A stretch of 64,000 nucleotides of DNA from Deltaproteobacteria bacterium (GTDB taxonomy: Bacteria; Myxococcota_A; Polyangia; Fen-1088): the NCBI GenBank assembly GCA_033763315.1, contig JANRKS010000009.1:64001-128000 (forward strand), read 5' to 3'. The notes under the pieces were generated by a model. It was not told the DNA's origin. It ran no database searches and worked only from the letters and a program-made list of their open reading frames with translations. Of the stretch, positions 8,251 to 18,361 are shown in pieces. Position 1 is the first letter of the stretch. Every line of letters begins with the position of its first letter. A program made the position numbers and the translations under genes.

Positions 8251-10593
8251 ATGAATACTAAGGTTCGCGCCGCGGCGGCCACAATACTCCTATTGCTCGG
8301 CCTGGTTTACTTTGCAGTCATCTTGAATCATCTGTATTCCGTCACGCGCTGGCTCGCGTGGCGCTATTTGATTCAGTGGTCGCTCGCCTCTTTTTGGACA
8401 TTCGGCTGCCTCTCCTTGGGACACTACTTGGTTCGCCACGTCCTTAAGCAGAAGTTCCCGGCGCGCGAACACGTTCTCTTGAGCTTGGCCACGGGTGTCC
8501 TCGCCTTTGGTTTGGTCCTGTTTAGCTGTGGTTTGTTGGGCGGTCTCAACGGCGTGTTCTTCCTCCTTTGCCCCTTCCTGCTGAGCTTGACATTCGGTCC
8601 GAGCTTCCTCGTGTACGCCAAGCGTCGCTGCATTCGTCTTGTACATTTGACCGCCGCCAATGGAAGAGCTGCGCTTTGGGGTGCAACAGCTCGCGTGTTC
8701 GGCTTGGCCGGCATCGCAATCATCGTTTTGCAGATTATGACGCCGCAGAACGTGGCCTTCGACGCTCACTGGTATCACGCGGCGATTGCAGAGTCTTACG
8801 CGGTGACAGGGCACATAAGACGTTTCAATGAGGGGTGGTTTCTCGGAACCTTGCCGCAACTTGCGACGTGGATCTACACCTGGGCTTTTCTCTGCCCCCG
8901 CGCTTCGTTGGCTTTTCGGATCGAGCTGGCCGCCCATCTCGAGCTTGTCTTGTTTCTGTTTACCTTGGCGGGTGTTGAGCCAACCGTTCGCTGGTTGCTT
9001 AAGGGAGAGGGCGCACGTGCGGCCTGGGTATCCGTCTTCTTGTTCCCGGGAATTTTCGTCTACGACTCAAACCTCAACCTATCGGCTGATCACATTCTCG
9101 GCTTCTGGACGTTGCCCGCCCTGTTGGTGGCACGACGCCTATTTCCGGTCGGCTCCGAGCAAATGGTTGGCATTCGTCGCTGCGTGCTTCTGGGTATCAT
9201 TTTGTCAGGTGCACTCCTCACCAAGTATCAGGTGCTTTATCTGGTGGTGGCTCTGACGTTCCTATTGTTTATGTCAACGTTTGATGACCTGTGGACTTCG
9301 CCGCGCGTTGCGAGGCCACGAATTGTCCTCTTGGCGTTTGCTCGGTTGTCGGTTGCGGGCGTTACCGTCGGCGTGTTGACGAGCCCGCACTGGCTAAAGA
9401 ACCTGATTTGGCATGGAAATCCCTTCTATCCATTCGCGCACAAGCTGTTCGGGGGCTTCCCCTGGACGGCTGGTACAGAGTTTCGCCTTCTGGATGCTGG
9501 CTGGACGCCCGAGGGCCCCCTTTGGGGGCGGTTAAAAGAGACGTTGGTCGCGTTGGCGTCTTTCTCTTTTAAGCCTCACGACTGGCCTGACTTTCACCGT
9601 GACCTTCCGATTTTCGGGTCCGTCTTTACCCTGATCATGATCCCTTGCTTGATCATTAAGCCACAGCGACGCCTATTTTCGCTGGCTTTGTCGACCCTTG
9701 TCGCGATTGGGACTTGGTATTGGACCTACCACCAGGATCGATACCTGCAATCGCTGTTGCCATGGATCGCCACTTTCACTGCAGCCGCTTTGGTCACCTT
9801 GTGGCGAACACAATCGCTGGCGATTCGCCTCGCACTGGTGAGCCTAATCGGCATCCAGCTAATTTGGGGATTCGAGCTTCCGGCTTTGCCAACCCACGCC
9901 ATGGCAGGCCGGTCGCCCATCATGTCAACGCTCGACCGGTTGTCTTCCGGTTACCGGGGCGACTGGGCCAATCGTGACGACCCTGCGACGAGTTTACCTC
10001 GCGTCGCGGCTCGGCTGCCAGAACGTGCCGTTGCCTTGCTGCATGAAGAGCACCTTCGATTGGGGCTTGGACACTGGATCGTGTCCGACAGCTTTGGTCG
10101 CCAAGGGGCCATTCGGTACCGCAACTGGGACACACGGAGGAGGGTCTACGACCGGCTAGCAGCACTCGGCGTCACACATATAATCCTGCGCGCAGAACCC
10201 ACCGGCGACTTTTCGTTGGCCGACAACATCGTGCTCTTTGACTTTCTGAAGGCGTTGCCTCTTGCGGCAGAGGTTGAGGGATACCGGATCTTTGAAATGA
10301 GGGACAGCCCAAGGTTGCAACCGACCGCCTACGCGGGGGCCCTGGTCGTCAAGTGCAACGGCGAGTTACGCACCGTCAGAACCGTCAAGTCTTTCGATAC
10401 GCTCGGCGGGTTTGCGAGCGATGATTGTGCCCCAGACCTTGGGCGTCTGGAATCAGCCTCTGCGCATGTTCGGTTTGTCATCGCGCCGCAAAAATTGAAT
10501 GCCCTAGGCGGTCGGCTGGGACCTAAATGGCAACAACTATTTTCGCACTCCGATGTCCTGGTATTTGCACGGGTGGCTGATAATGAATCCTAG
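8251..10593 (+). CDS. Polytopic membrane protein, probable GT-C fold glycosyltransferase
   Basis: Many TM segments; loop motif FDAHWYH; LLTKY; W.KN..WHGNPFYPF; QDRYL; soluble C-terminal domain. Confidence 0.65.
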   Translation: MNTKVRAAAATILLLLGLVYFAVILNHLYSVTRWLAWRYLIQWSLASFWTFGCLSLGHYLVRHVLKQKFPAREHVLLSLATGVLAFGLVLFSCGLLGGLNGVFFLLCPFLLSLTFGPSFLVYAKRRCIRLVHLTAANGRAALWGATARVFGLAGIAIIVLQIMTPQNVAFDAHWYHAAIAESYAVTGHIRRFNEGWFLGTLPQLATWIYTWAFLCPRASLAFRIELAAHLELVLFLFTLAGVEPTVRWLLKGEGARAAWVSVFLFPGIFVYDSNLNLSADHILGFWTLPALLVARRLFPVGSEQMVGIRRCVLLGIILSGALLTKYQVLYLVVALTFLLFMSTFDDLWTSPRVARPRIVLLAFARLSVAGVTVGVLTSPHWLKNLIWHGNPFYPFAHKLFGGFPWTAGTEFRLLDAGWTPEGPLWGRLKETLVALASFSFKPHDWPDFHRDLPIFGSVFTLIMIPCLIIKPQRRLFSLALSTLVAIGTWYWTYHQDRYLQSLLPWIATFTAAALVTLWRTQSLAIRLALVSLIGIQLIWGFELPALPTHAMAGRSPIMSTLDRLSSGYRGDWANRDDPATSLPRVAARLPERAVALLHEEHLRLGLGHWIVSDSFGRQGAIRYRNWDTRRRVYDRLAALGVTHIILRAEPTGDFSLADNIVLFDFLKALPLAAEVEGYRIFEMRDSPRLQPTAYAGALVVKCNGELRTVRTVKSFDTLGGFASDDCAPDLGRLESASAHVRFVIAPQKLNALGGRLGPKWQQLFSHSDVLVFARVADNES

Positions 10594-11788
10594 AATGTCC
10601 AACGCTTTGCAGAACAGAATTGGTCGTTTCATGACCGAGAGTACCTTCGCTCGAACACTACAGCAGCACTGGCTTGCTGGGAGCGTGTTGCTTCTCGCCG
10701 TGCTGGCGCGCGTCTTCCTACTCAAGGTCATCCCGAACACCGACGTTCCCGAAGGCTACGGCCCTTGGTACGACGAGATCGTGCAGTACGGGCGCGTGAA
10801 GGCGTGGGGACGTGACATCTCTGACTATGCTCCGCCTTATCTGTACCTGCTTTCGCTGGCCAGCCTGCTTCCTTTTCACAAGTTCGTTAACATCAAACTG
10901 GTTCCGCTGGTCTTCGATCTGTGGGCTGCTTGGTTATGTGTTCGGCTGGTCAAACGCATTCATCCCGTGGGGCCGATACCCATGCTGGCCGGTCTCTTGT
11001 TCCTGCTAGGGCCCACGGTCATGGCCAACAGTGCGCTGTGGGGACAGGTGGACGTCATATACATGACCTTCCTGCTCCTTTCTCTGATCTACGTGTTGGA
11101 CGAGCGGCCAACGCGCAGTGTGCTCGCTTTTTCGCTGGCACTTGCTTTCAAGTTGCAGGCAGCCTTCTTTTTACCAGCCCTTGTCGTGCTCTTCCTTGAG
11201 CGGGGTTGGCGTCTTTGGCGATTCGCTTTGGCGCCTGTCGGTTACCTCCTGCTTTCGGTTCCAGCGATACTAGCCGGACGTGCTATCGGCAACACTTTGA
11301 CTGTTTATCTCAGGCAGGTGGGCAGTCAAGGTTCGCTCGAACAGAACGCCGCCTCGATTTACCAGTGGCTTCCCTCACCTGATCCCCAGCTGCAAGCCCG
11401 AGCGGGCATCGTGTTTGCTGCGGCGGTGTGCGGATTCTTCATAGCGGCGATTCATTATTTGGCTAAGAACAAGTTCGACCGAAAAACTCAATTTTCCATC
11501 GCCATGTTGATGGCCGCGCTCCCTCCCTTCCTGCTGCCCAACATGCACGAGCGCTACGCGTATTGTTCAGATGTGCTGGCGACTTTGACTCCGTTCGTGG
11601 TTCCCAGCTTAACCTTGCCAGCCGGGCTCTTGATCTTTGCATCGCTGGCGTCGTATGGACCTTTTTTGCGTCACGATTGGCTGCCGCTTCCGTATGCTGC
11701 CGCCATCAATGCCGTTGCCTTGTACTTACTCGCTAAGAACATTGCGCGGACCACAGGTATGATTAGCGGTCGTACCCCTCAATCGTGA
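10583..11788 (+). CDS. GT-C glycosyltransferase (GT87/Gpi18-related mannosyltransferase-like)
   Basis: SDYAPPYLYLL, NSALWGQVD, FKLQAAF, MHERY motifs; multiple TM helices. Confidence 0.75.
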   Translation: MNPRMSNALQNRIGRFMTESTFARTLQQHWLAGSVLLLAVLARVFLLKVIPNTDVPEGYGPWYDEIVQYGRVKAWGRDISDYAPPYLYLLSLASLLPFHKFVNIKLVPLVFDLWAAWLCVRLVKRIHPVGPIPMLAGLLFLLGPTVMANSALWGQVDVIYMTFLLLSLIYVLDERPTRSVLAFSLALAFKLQAAFFLPALVVLFLERGWRLWRFALAPVGYLLLSVPAILAGRAIGNTLTVYLRQVGSQGSLEQNAASIYQWLPSPDPQLQARAGIVFAAAVCGFFIAAIHYLAKNKFDRKTQFSIAMLMAALPPFLLPNMHERYAYCSDVLATLTPFVVPSLTLPAGLLIFASLASYGPFLRHDWLPLPYAAAINAVALYLLAKNIARTTGMISGRTPQS

Positions 11789-11813
11789 ACTTGCCTGAGG
11801 CAGGGGGCCACTG

Positions 11814-13361
11814 TTGGACGGAATGACTATTGTGAACAGGCTCGGCCGCCAATGGAGGCTCATTGCGATCCTCGTTGTCGGCATCTGTGTCCGGGCCTTT
11901 TACTTGGGGCAATGTCCTCAAGGATTGAACCAGGACGAGACCTCGCTTGGGTACGACGCCTATTCCATCCTAAATTATGGAATGGATAGACACCTGACCC
12001 CGTACCCGGCGTTTCTTATTGCATGGGGCTCGGGCATGAATGTTTTGTCCGCCTACTTGGCTGTGCCATTCATCAAAGTCTTTGGACTGACGGCGCTATC
12101 GTTGCGACTTGTCAACGCGATATCTGGAATGGTATCGCTCGCCATCTTCTATACTTTTGTTAGGACCATCTCTGGAGAACGGCAAGCGCTGTGGTCGACT
12201 TTCGTCCTCGCGATCTGCCCCTGGCACATCATGATGTCGCGGTGGGGGTTGGAATCAAATGTCCTCCCGGCCTTCTTTTTGACGGCCGTGACTTGTTTTA
12301 TTAAAGCTCAAGAGAGGCCGCGCTTGTGGCCGTTGGTCGGCTCACTCTTTGGTCTCTGTTTATATGCCTATGGAACGGCGTACTTCGCTGTTCCTTTGTT
12401 TGTCACGCTTGGAACGCTCTACATGGCTCGGCGCCGGACCCTGAACTGGCGATGGTTCGTCGCAGGCGTTGCTTCGTTCATTCTCGTGTCAGCGCCGATA
12501 GTTGCCACAGTGCTCATCAATCGGCTGCGTTTGCCAAGTACGCGAATGCTCGGGATTGGCATCCCCCGGATGACAACCGTGCCGCGATACGAACAGCTTT
12601 CGTCTTTGTTTGGTCAAGACGGATTGCGACGCACTTGGCACAACATCACAGCGTTGGTGACCATGATCTTGAAGCAGGACGATGGTGCAAGTTGGAACAA
12701 CATTCCCGAATTCGGGATCGTCTATCCTATCGGTCTTGGATTTGCCGCTCTGGGCCTGCTGACGCTTGTGCAAAACACGTTGCGATACAGGCTCGCTTCG
12801 CAAGAAGTCTGGGTCGTTCTTTGGCTGCTTGTGGCGCTGCTCTTGGGAGTCGTTCAAGAGGCCAATATTAATCGCGTCAATCTCCTTTGGATGCCCGTCG
12901 TCTTCCTCGTCGCGAAAGGGCTCAACGAAGCGTCAACTGACGCATGGAGAGCTCGCGCTTTCATAGCGATGATGGGAGCGTTTTTTGTCGCGTTTTGCTT
13001 CTCCTATTTCGGCCCGTATCGATCCGCTAGCGACGGCTTCTTTCCGGGTTTTGGACGCGCGCTGAAGGTCGCGACCGCCACCGTCAACGGCGAGGTGTGC
13101 GTCACGGACCGAGTCAATATGCCTTACGTGTTCGCATTGTTCTACGACCGCACCGATCCGCGCAAATTCGCTCGAACGGTTGTCTACGAAGGTGAAGGAG
13201 AATTTCAAGGCGTGAAATCCTTTGACCGTTTCACCTTTGGGATCAGCCGCTGTCCGCCAGGGACTCAGGCCTACGTACTGGAGAGAGGCGAAGATGAACC
13301 TCTTGAAGCCACAGGGACCGAGATCTTTCGGTCGTCACGGTACGTGGTGGTCAAGAAGTAG
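11814..13361 (+). CDS. ArnT/PMT-like (GT83/GT39) GT-C glycosyltransferase
   Basis: P.GLNQDE..GYDAYSI, LRL, PWHIMMSRWGLESN motifs. Confidence 0.8.
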   Translation: MDGMTIVNRLGRQWRLIAILVVGICVRAFYLGQCPQGLNQDETSLGYDAYSILNYGMDRHLTPYPAFLIAWGSGMNVLSAYLAVPFIKVFGLTALSLRLVNAISGMVSLAIFYTFVRTISGERQALWSTFVLAICPWHIMMSRWGLESNVLPAFFLTAVTCFIKAQERPRLWPLVGSLFGLCLYAYGTAYFAVPLFVTLGTLYMARRRTLNWRWFVAGVASFILVSAPIVATVLINRLRLPSTRMLGIGIPRMTTVPRYEQLSSLFGQDGLRRTWHNITALVTMILKQDDGASWNNIPEFGIVYPIGLGFAALGLLTLVQNTLRYRLASQEVWVVLWLLVALLLGVVQEANINRVNLLWMPVVFLVAKGLNEASTDAWRARAFIAMMGAFFVAFCFSYFGPYRSASDGFFPGFGRALKVATATVNGEVCVTDRVNMPYVFALFYDRTDPRKFARTVVYEGEGEFQGVKSFDRFTFGISRCPPGTQAYVLERGEDEPLEATGTEIFRSSRYVVVKK

Positions 13362-13512
13362 TAATATGGTCGCCAAGGCAGGGCCCCTGGATGCCCTCTT
13401 CGTCTCAATGGCGATCGGCTGTGGGGCGCGTGGGGCACCGGCGATGTTGATTCCCCAGGGGCATCAACTTATGCTGCAAAAAGCATTCTTGCTGCGATAG
13501 TGAACGCAAAAC

Positions 13513-14511
13513 ATGGAATCTAAGGAATCCAAAGGTCGCCCGATCCTTTCCCTTGTCCTTCCCATCTTCAATGAAGAGGAGGTCATTCCTGAGCTTCACA
13601 AGCGACTCACGGAGTTCTTGGCGCAGCTGCCGGAGCTGCAGGGCAGTTGGGAGGTGATCTTTGTCAACGATGGCTCATCGGATAAGAGCCCCGGCATGCT
13701 CGACGAGCTGGGGCGCGCCGAACCGCGTTTTCACGTGGTGCATTTTGCGCGCAATTTCGGCCACCAGGCAGCGATCACAGCGGGGCTTGACCGTGCCGAG
13801 GGCGACGCCGTCGTTGTGATGGACGCGGACCTTCAGGATCCCCCTGAAGTGGTCAAAGCCATGATCGCCAAGTGGCGCGAAGGGTTTGATGTTGTTTATG
13901 GCGTGCGAACGAAGCGCATCGGCGAGACCATTTTCAAACGCGCCACCGCTTCGGCGTTTTACCGGCTAATGAATGCGGCGTTGGGCGTGAAAATTCCGCG
14001 TGACGCGGGCGATTTTCGTTTGATGAGCCGCCCGGTGGTCCTGACGTTGCGCAGCCTGCGGGAGAAGCACCGCTTCATGCGCGGCCTTGTGGCGTGGGTG
14101 GGCTTTCGCCAAACCAACGTCAATTACGAACGCCCCGAACGCTTTGCCGGCGAGACGAAGTACCCGTTGCGCAAGATGGTTAAGTTTGCCCTGGATGGCA
14201 TCACGTCGTTTTCCACAAGCCCCCTGCGCATCGCCACGTGGCTCGGCGCCTTTACTGGTCTGATCGCCGTGGGCATCGGGGTGTGGGCTGTTTACATCAA
14301 GCTGTTCACCAACCACACCGTCCAGGGCTGGACCACGATCATGCTGCTGGTGGCGCTCAGCTCATCGGGCCAAATGTTGATGTTGGGGCTCTTGGGCGAA
14401 TACGTCGGGCGCATTTACGAAGAAATCAAACAGCGCCCCCTGTATGTTGTTGCCAAAGAGTCCTCCGGTGACCAACAGCCCCAGCCCTCCCGATCCCACG
14501 AACCCTCCTGA
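13513..14511 (+). CDS. GT2 polyprenyl-phosphate glycosyltransferase (GtrB/YkcC-like)
   Basis: LPIFNEE, NDGSSD, RNFGHQAA, DADLQDPP, GDFRLMSR, GEYVGRIYEEIKQRP. Confidence 0.93.
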   Translation: MESKESKGRPILSLVLPIFNEEEVIPELHKRLTEFLAQLPELQGSWEVIFVNDGSSDKSPGMLDELGRAEPRFHVVHFARNFGHQAAITAGLDRAEGDAVVVMDADLQDPPEVVKAMIAKWREGFDVVYGVRTKRIGETIFKRATASAFYRLMNAALGVKIPRDAGDFRLMSRPVVLTLRSLREKHRFMRGLVAWVGFRQTNVNYERPERFAGETKYPLRKMVKFALDGITSFSTSPLRIATWLGAFTGLIAVGIGVWAVYIKLFTNHTVQGWTTIMLLVALSSSGQMLMLGLLGEYVGRIYEEIKQRPLYVVAKESSGDQQPQPSRSHEPS

Positions 14512-16663
14512 CGCCCCCACTGAGGGGGGCTCACCGGCCGCCGAACAGGCGTTGCCCGCCTCGGAAGAGCCCTCATTTCGGCTGCCCACCACTTCGCTTG
14601 CGTTTGATGCTGCGCCACCGGCGCTGACCAGCGTAGAGCCGATCGCCTTCGAGGCGGCGGCTGTGCCGTTGTCCAGGCCCCAAGCCCGGCGCATTCCTTG
14701 GCACCTGTTGGTTGATGTGGCCTTTCTTAAGACGCTTGCGCTGATCGCAGCCGTGGGCGCGTCCGTGGGCAACTGCCTTTACGCTTTGGTGTTCGCCGAA
14801 CTGTGGCCGGAATACATCATCCACAACCAGATCTCCGCCAAGCATCGCTACTGGGTGCAATGGGCGATGGTGGCCGGCGGTCTGGTCGCTGCGCTGCTGG
14901 TGTGGCTTGTGGAGCGCAAATTCGGCAAGCGATTCCCCGGCGCCGGCGCGCGCGCGATCCGGCGTTGGTCGCCGCTGGCGATGGCGGGCTTGGTGCCGTT
15001 GTTGGCCGATTCGCGCAGCTTTGAGGCCTCGGACATGACCGTGCTTGTGTTGGTTCCGCTGTTCGGGTGGGGCCTATACAAAACAATTTGTCTGAGCCAA
15101 GGGGCTTCGCCCGTATGGGGCAGCGTTGCGGTCAGCTTGAACCGCCGCTCGTTGTGGCAAAGCGGCGCCGCCTTTCTGCAGCGGCAGCGAAACTTGCCGC
15201 TCATCTTGGTGTTGGCGGGCGTCGCTGGCTACACGCTTTATTTTTCGTTCCACACCATCCAAACCCATTACCGCTTCGGCACTTCGTCGTTCGATATGGG
15301 CCTCGAGGACAACCTCGTGTGGAATGCCACCCGCTGGGGGCCGCTGTTCAAAATGTCGCCGTTTGGCGGTCCCGATGCCACGCACGCAGGCAACCACCAA
15401 ACTTACTTCGCTTATGTTTTAGCGTTGGTCTATCGGTTCTTTCCAGGGCCCGAAACGTTGTTGGTTTTGCAGGCGCTGCTGATGGGAGCGGCGGCGATCC
15501 CGCTGTTCTTTATCACACGACGGGCGCTTGGCCCTTGGGCGGGGGGCCTGCTGGCCTACCTCTATCTGCTTTACCCGCCGTTGCACGGCGCCAACCTTTA
15601 CGATTTTCATTATCTGCCGCTGGGCACGGTGTTCTTGTGGGCCGCTGTTTCAGCAGCGGAAACGCGCCGGTACGTGTGGATGGTGGTGGCGCTTATCTTG
15701 GCTGCCTCGGTTCGTGAAGACGTTAACGCCATGATGGCGGCGTTGGGCTTCATGATGGTGATCGAAGGCAAGCAGGTCAAAGCGGGCCTTGTGATGACAG
15801 CGTTGGGCGGCTTCTTGTTTGGGCTGTTGAAGTTCGTGGTGATGCCGAGGTACACGGGTGGCCACCAGTCGTTTTTGCACCAGTACCAAGATCTGGTGCC
15901 ACCGGGAGGCAACGGCTACCCCGCGGTTTTGGTCACGGTGTTCACAAACCCGTTCTACACCCTCACCACTTTGTTGGAACGCGACAAGCTTTATTATCTG
16001 CTGCAGATCATGGGGCCGCTTGTGTTCTTCCCGGTGCGTCGGGCGGTGGGGCTGTTGGCGTGTGTTGTGGGTATCTTTTTCACTTTGCTATCCACGCACT
16101 ACCTGCCCCAGATACAGATTTCTTTTCAGTACACCACCTATTGGACCACGTTCGTATTCATCGCCGTGGTGAGGAATCTGGCCTGGGTGCGCGCGCGGCA
16201 CGATCGTGGCACATTGGCGCCTTCGAAAGCGTGGATGGCGGCGATCGCGGCTGCATTGCTGGTCAGCTCGATTCAGTACGGCGCTGTTTTGGACACCCGC
16301 AACGCGCATGGGGGGTTCGGCCATTACCGGTTTGGCCTGTTGCCTGGTGATCACGAACGCCACAGGCAGGTCTACGAATTGATTGGTCTCATTCCGAAGG
16401 ACGCACGGGTGGTGGCGTCGGAGATGCTCGTGCCGCACGTGTCGTCGCGGAAGAACGCCTACACCCTGCGCACGGGCGTCTACGATGCCGACTACGCCTT
16501 GTTTGAACTCCCCACCCGGGGGGATGAAGGGCGGAACCTGCGGCCCTTCCTTGAAAAGGGCGAATTCGGCGTGGTTGACAAACAAGGCCACTATGCCTTG
16601 GCAAAGCGTGGGCACAAAACGGACCGAAACGGCGAGGTTATGGACTTGGTCCGATCTGACTAA
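14444..16663 (+). CDS. DUF2079-like membrane protein (putative GT-C); start uncertain
   Basis: SFDMG..DN..WN, H...F, NLYDFH, VRED motifs; many TM helices; Pro-rich N-terminus. Confidence 0.7.
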   Translation: MLLPKSPPVTNSPSPPDPTNPPDAPTEGGSPAAEQALPASEEPSFRLPTTSLAFDAAPPALTSVEPIAFEAAAVPLSRPQARRIPWHLLVDVAFLKTLALIAAVGASVGNCLYALVFAELWPEYIIHNQISAKHRYWVQWAMVAGGLVAALLVWLVERKFGKRFPGAGARAIRRWSPLAMAGLVPLLADSRSFEASDMTVLVLVPLFGWGLYKTICLSQGASPVWGSVAVSLNRRSLWQSGAAFLQRQRNLPLILVLAGVAGYTLYFSFHTIQTHYRFGTSSFDMGLEDNLVWNATRWGPLFKMSPFGGPDATHAGNHQTYFAYVLALVYRFFPGPETLLVLQALLMGAAAIPLFFITRRALGPWAGGLLAYLYLLYPPLHGANLYDFHYLPLGTVFLWAAVSAAETRRYVWMVVALILAASVREDVNAMMAALGFMMVIEGKQVKAGLVMTALGGFLFGLLKFVVMPRYTGGHQSFLHQYQDLVPPGGNGYPAVLVTVFTNPFYTLTTLLERDKLYYLLQIMGPLVFFPVRRAVGLLACVVGIFFTLLSTHYLPQIQISFQYTTYWTTFVFIAVVRNLAWVRARHDRGTLAPSKAWMAAIAAALLVSSIQYGAVLDTRNAHGGFGHYRFGLLPGDHERHRQVYELIGLIPKDARVVASEMLVPHVSSRKNAYTLRTGVYDADYALFELPTRGDEGRNLRPFLEKGEFGVVDKQGHYALAKRGHKTDRNGEVMDLVRSD

Positions 16664-16841
16664 CACCCCGCCGGCCGGCAAAGCGCACACGGTGCGCAAA
16701 TCGTCGCGCAAGACCGGCTCCCGCCAGGTACAATTGACCCGCTGTTTTTCGCGTGTTATCCGGGTACCAACTTCGGGGCACGCCACACTGGCCTTAACTG
16801 CAAACTTTACGAACCGCCGCGGAGTCTGACTCGGGAGATAC

Positions 16842-18227
16842 ATGGGCAAGCGTATTCTGGTCGCTGACGACAGCGTGACGATTCAGCGAGCCTTCGCGAT
16901 GGTGTTTGCCGTGGAGGACGTCAGTTTGATTGCGGCCCGTTCGTGGGAAGAGGCCATGACCTTGACCCGCCAACACAGGCCGGATCTGGTGTTTGCGGAC
17001 GTGAACCTGGGCGACCGGTCAGGCTACGACCTGTGCTCGGCCATTAAGAGCGACGGCACCTTGGCGGGGGTGCAGGTGCACATCTTGGCGTCCAACCAGG
17101 TGCCGTACGACGCCTCCAAGGGCAACCACGCCCGGGCCGATGGCCATTTCCTAAAGCCGTTCGACAGCGCCAAGCTGGTGGAAGCCGTCAACAAGGCGCT
17201 CAGCGTTTCGGCGCCTGTGGCGGTGGAACGTGCGCCGGCGGCCCCGATGGTGGAGCTTGCCGAGAGCACCTCACGCGTCCAGATCGAGGATGTTTCCTTC
17301 GAAGACGAGGATTCCTACGGCGAGTTTTCGATCGAATCCACGGCCAGCGCGGCGCCGCCACAGATGAAAACGCCGCCTCCGCAGGTGCAACCGCCTCGGC
17401 CCATGGCGCCCGCGATGTCACGGCCTGTGCCCGTCACGCCGCCACCAGTGGTGCTGCCCCAGGCGCGCCCGCCGATGCCGGCCGTTTCGGCGCCCGTGCC
17501 GCGTCCGGCGCCTCCCGTTGTTTCTACGCCTGTGGCGCGGCCGTCCACATCAATGCCGAATGTCTCGGCTCCGGCTCCGGCTCCGGCTCCGCGGCCCGCG
17601 GCCCCCTTGGCGTCCGCGCCCGCGCCGCGGCCGGCCCCCGCAGCGCCTGCGCCTTCGGCACCGATTACGGCCAAGGCCATGCCCCGGCCTTCGCTCATCC
17701 CGGGCGTGATGCCGCCGCGCGTGTCGTCCGATGCGCCCGTGCCGATGGTCCGCCCTCCCGCCACTTCGGGGCCGGCCCCTGCCGCCGCGGATTTCAGCCG
17801 CACAGTTATGGGTATGCCGGCGGTGTCGCAACCGGTGATTCCGGTGCCGATGCCGCGGTCGGAAGTTGTAACGGCGCGGGAAACCCCGGCTGTCAAAGGG
17901 CTGGGACAGTCACTGTTTGACGATCTGGGCCTGCCTCCGTCGTCGCCTCAGGCACCTGCGCCCGTGGCGCCTGTGGCTGAACCGCCCACGCCGATCGCTG
18001 GGCGCGCACCCACGGGACGCATTTCTGATCGGGTGGCCGAGCAGGTCAGTGCCAAGGTCGGCGATAAGCTGGGCGAAAAAATGGCCGAGCTTTCGGCGCG
18101 CGGCCCCGAATACGAAGCGATCGCGAAGCTTTCGCGCGAGATCATCGAACAGGTCGTTTGGGAGGTTGTTCCCGAATTGGCCGAAGTGATGATCAAAGAG
18201 CACATCGAGCGTTTGGCCAAGCGGTAA
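16842..18227 (+). CDS. romR: RomR-like polarity response regulator
   Basis: N-terminal receiver (ADDS, D at FADV, KPF), long Pro-rich linker, C-terminal SREIIEQVVWEVVPELAE; directly upstream of valS as in Myxococcus. Confidence 0.85.
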   Translation: MGKRILVADDSVTIQRAFAMVFAVEDVSLIAARSWEEAMTLTRQHRPDLVFADVNLGDRSGYDLCSAIKSDGTLAGVQVHILASNQVPYDASKGNHARADGHFLKPFDSAKLVEAVNKALSVSAPVAVERAPAAPMVELAESTSRVQIEDVSFEDEDSYGEFSIESTASAAPPQMKTPPPQVQPPRPMAPAMSRPVPVTPPPVVLPQARPPMPAVSAPVPRPAPPVVSTPVARPSTSMPNVSAPAPAPAPRPAAPLASAPAPRPAPAAPAPSAPITAKAMPRPSLIPGVMPPRVSSDAPVPMVRPPATSGPAPAAADFSRTVMGMPAVSQPVIPVPMPRSEVVTARETPAVKGLGQSLFDDLGLPPSSPQAPAPVAPVAEPPTPIAGRAPTGRISDRVAEQVSAKVGDKLGEKMAELSARGPEYEAIAKLSREIIEQVVWEVVPELAEVMIKEHIERLAKR

Positions 18228-18361
18228 CCGCGGCCCAAGCTCTTTCGCGGCCGGTTACGCTGGGCGGGATAGCCGCGCGTTGCGTTTGTGAGCAACCGTG
18301 TGTTTCGCCCGGCGCCTCCGTCCACTAAACTGCGCCGTTCCCCCACCTCAAAGATAGCCCC

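Noticed and set aside
17350-18010. GC-rich short repeats as a standalone repeat element
   Set aside because: They encode the Pro/Ala linker of RomR.
18228-18361. T-box or other riboswitch upstream of valS
   Set aside because: Only 134 nt, with no T-box consensus or terminator/antiterminator visible.
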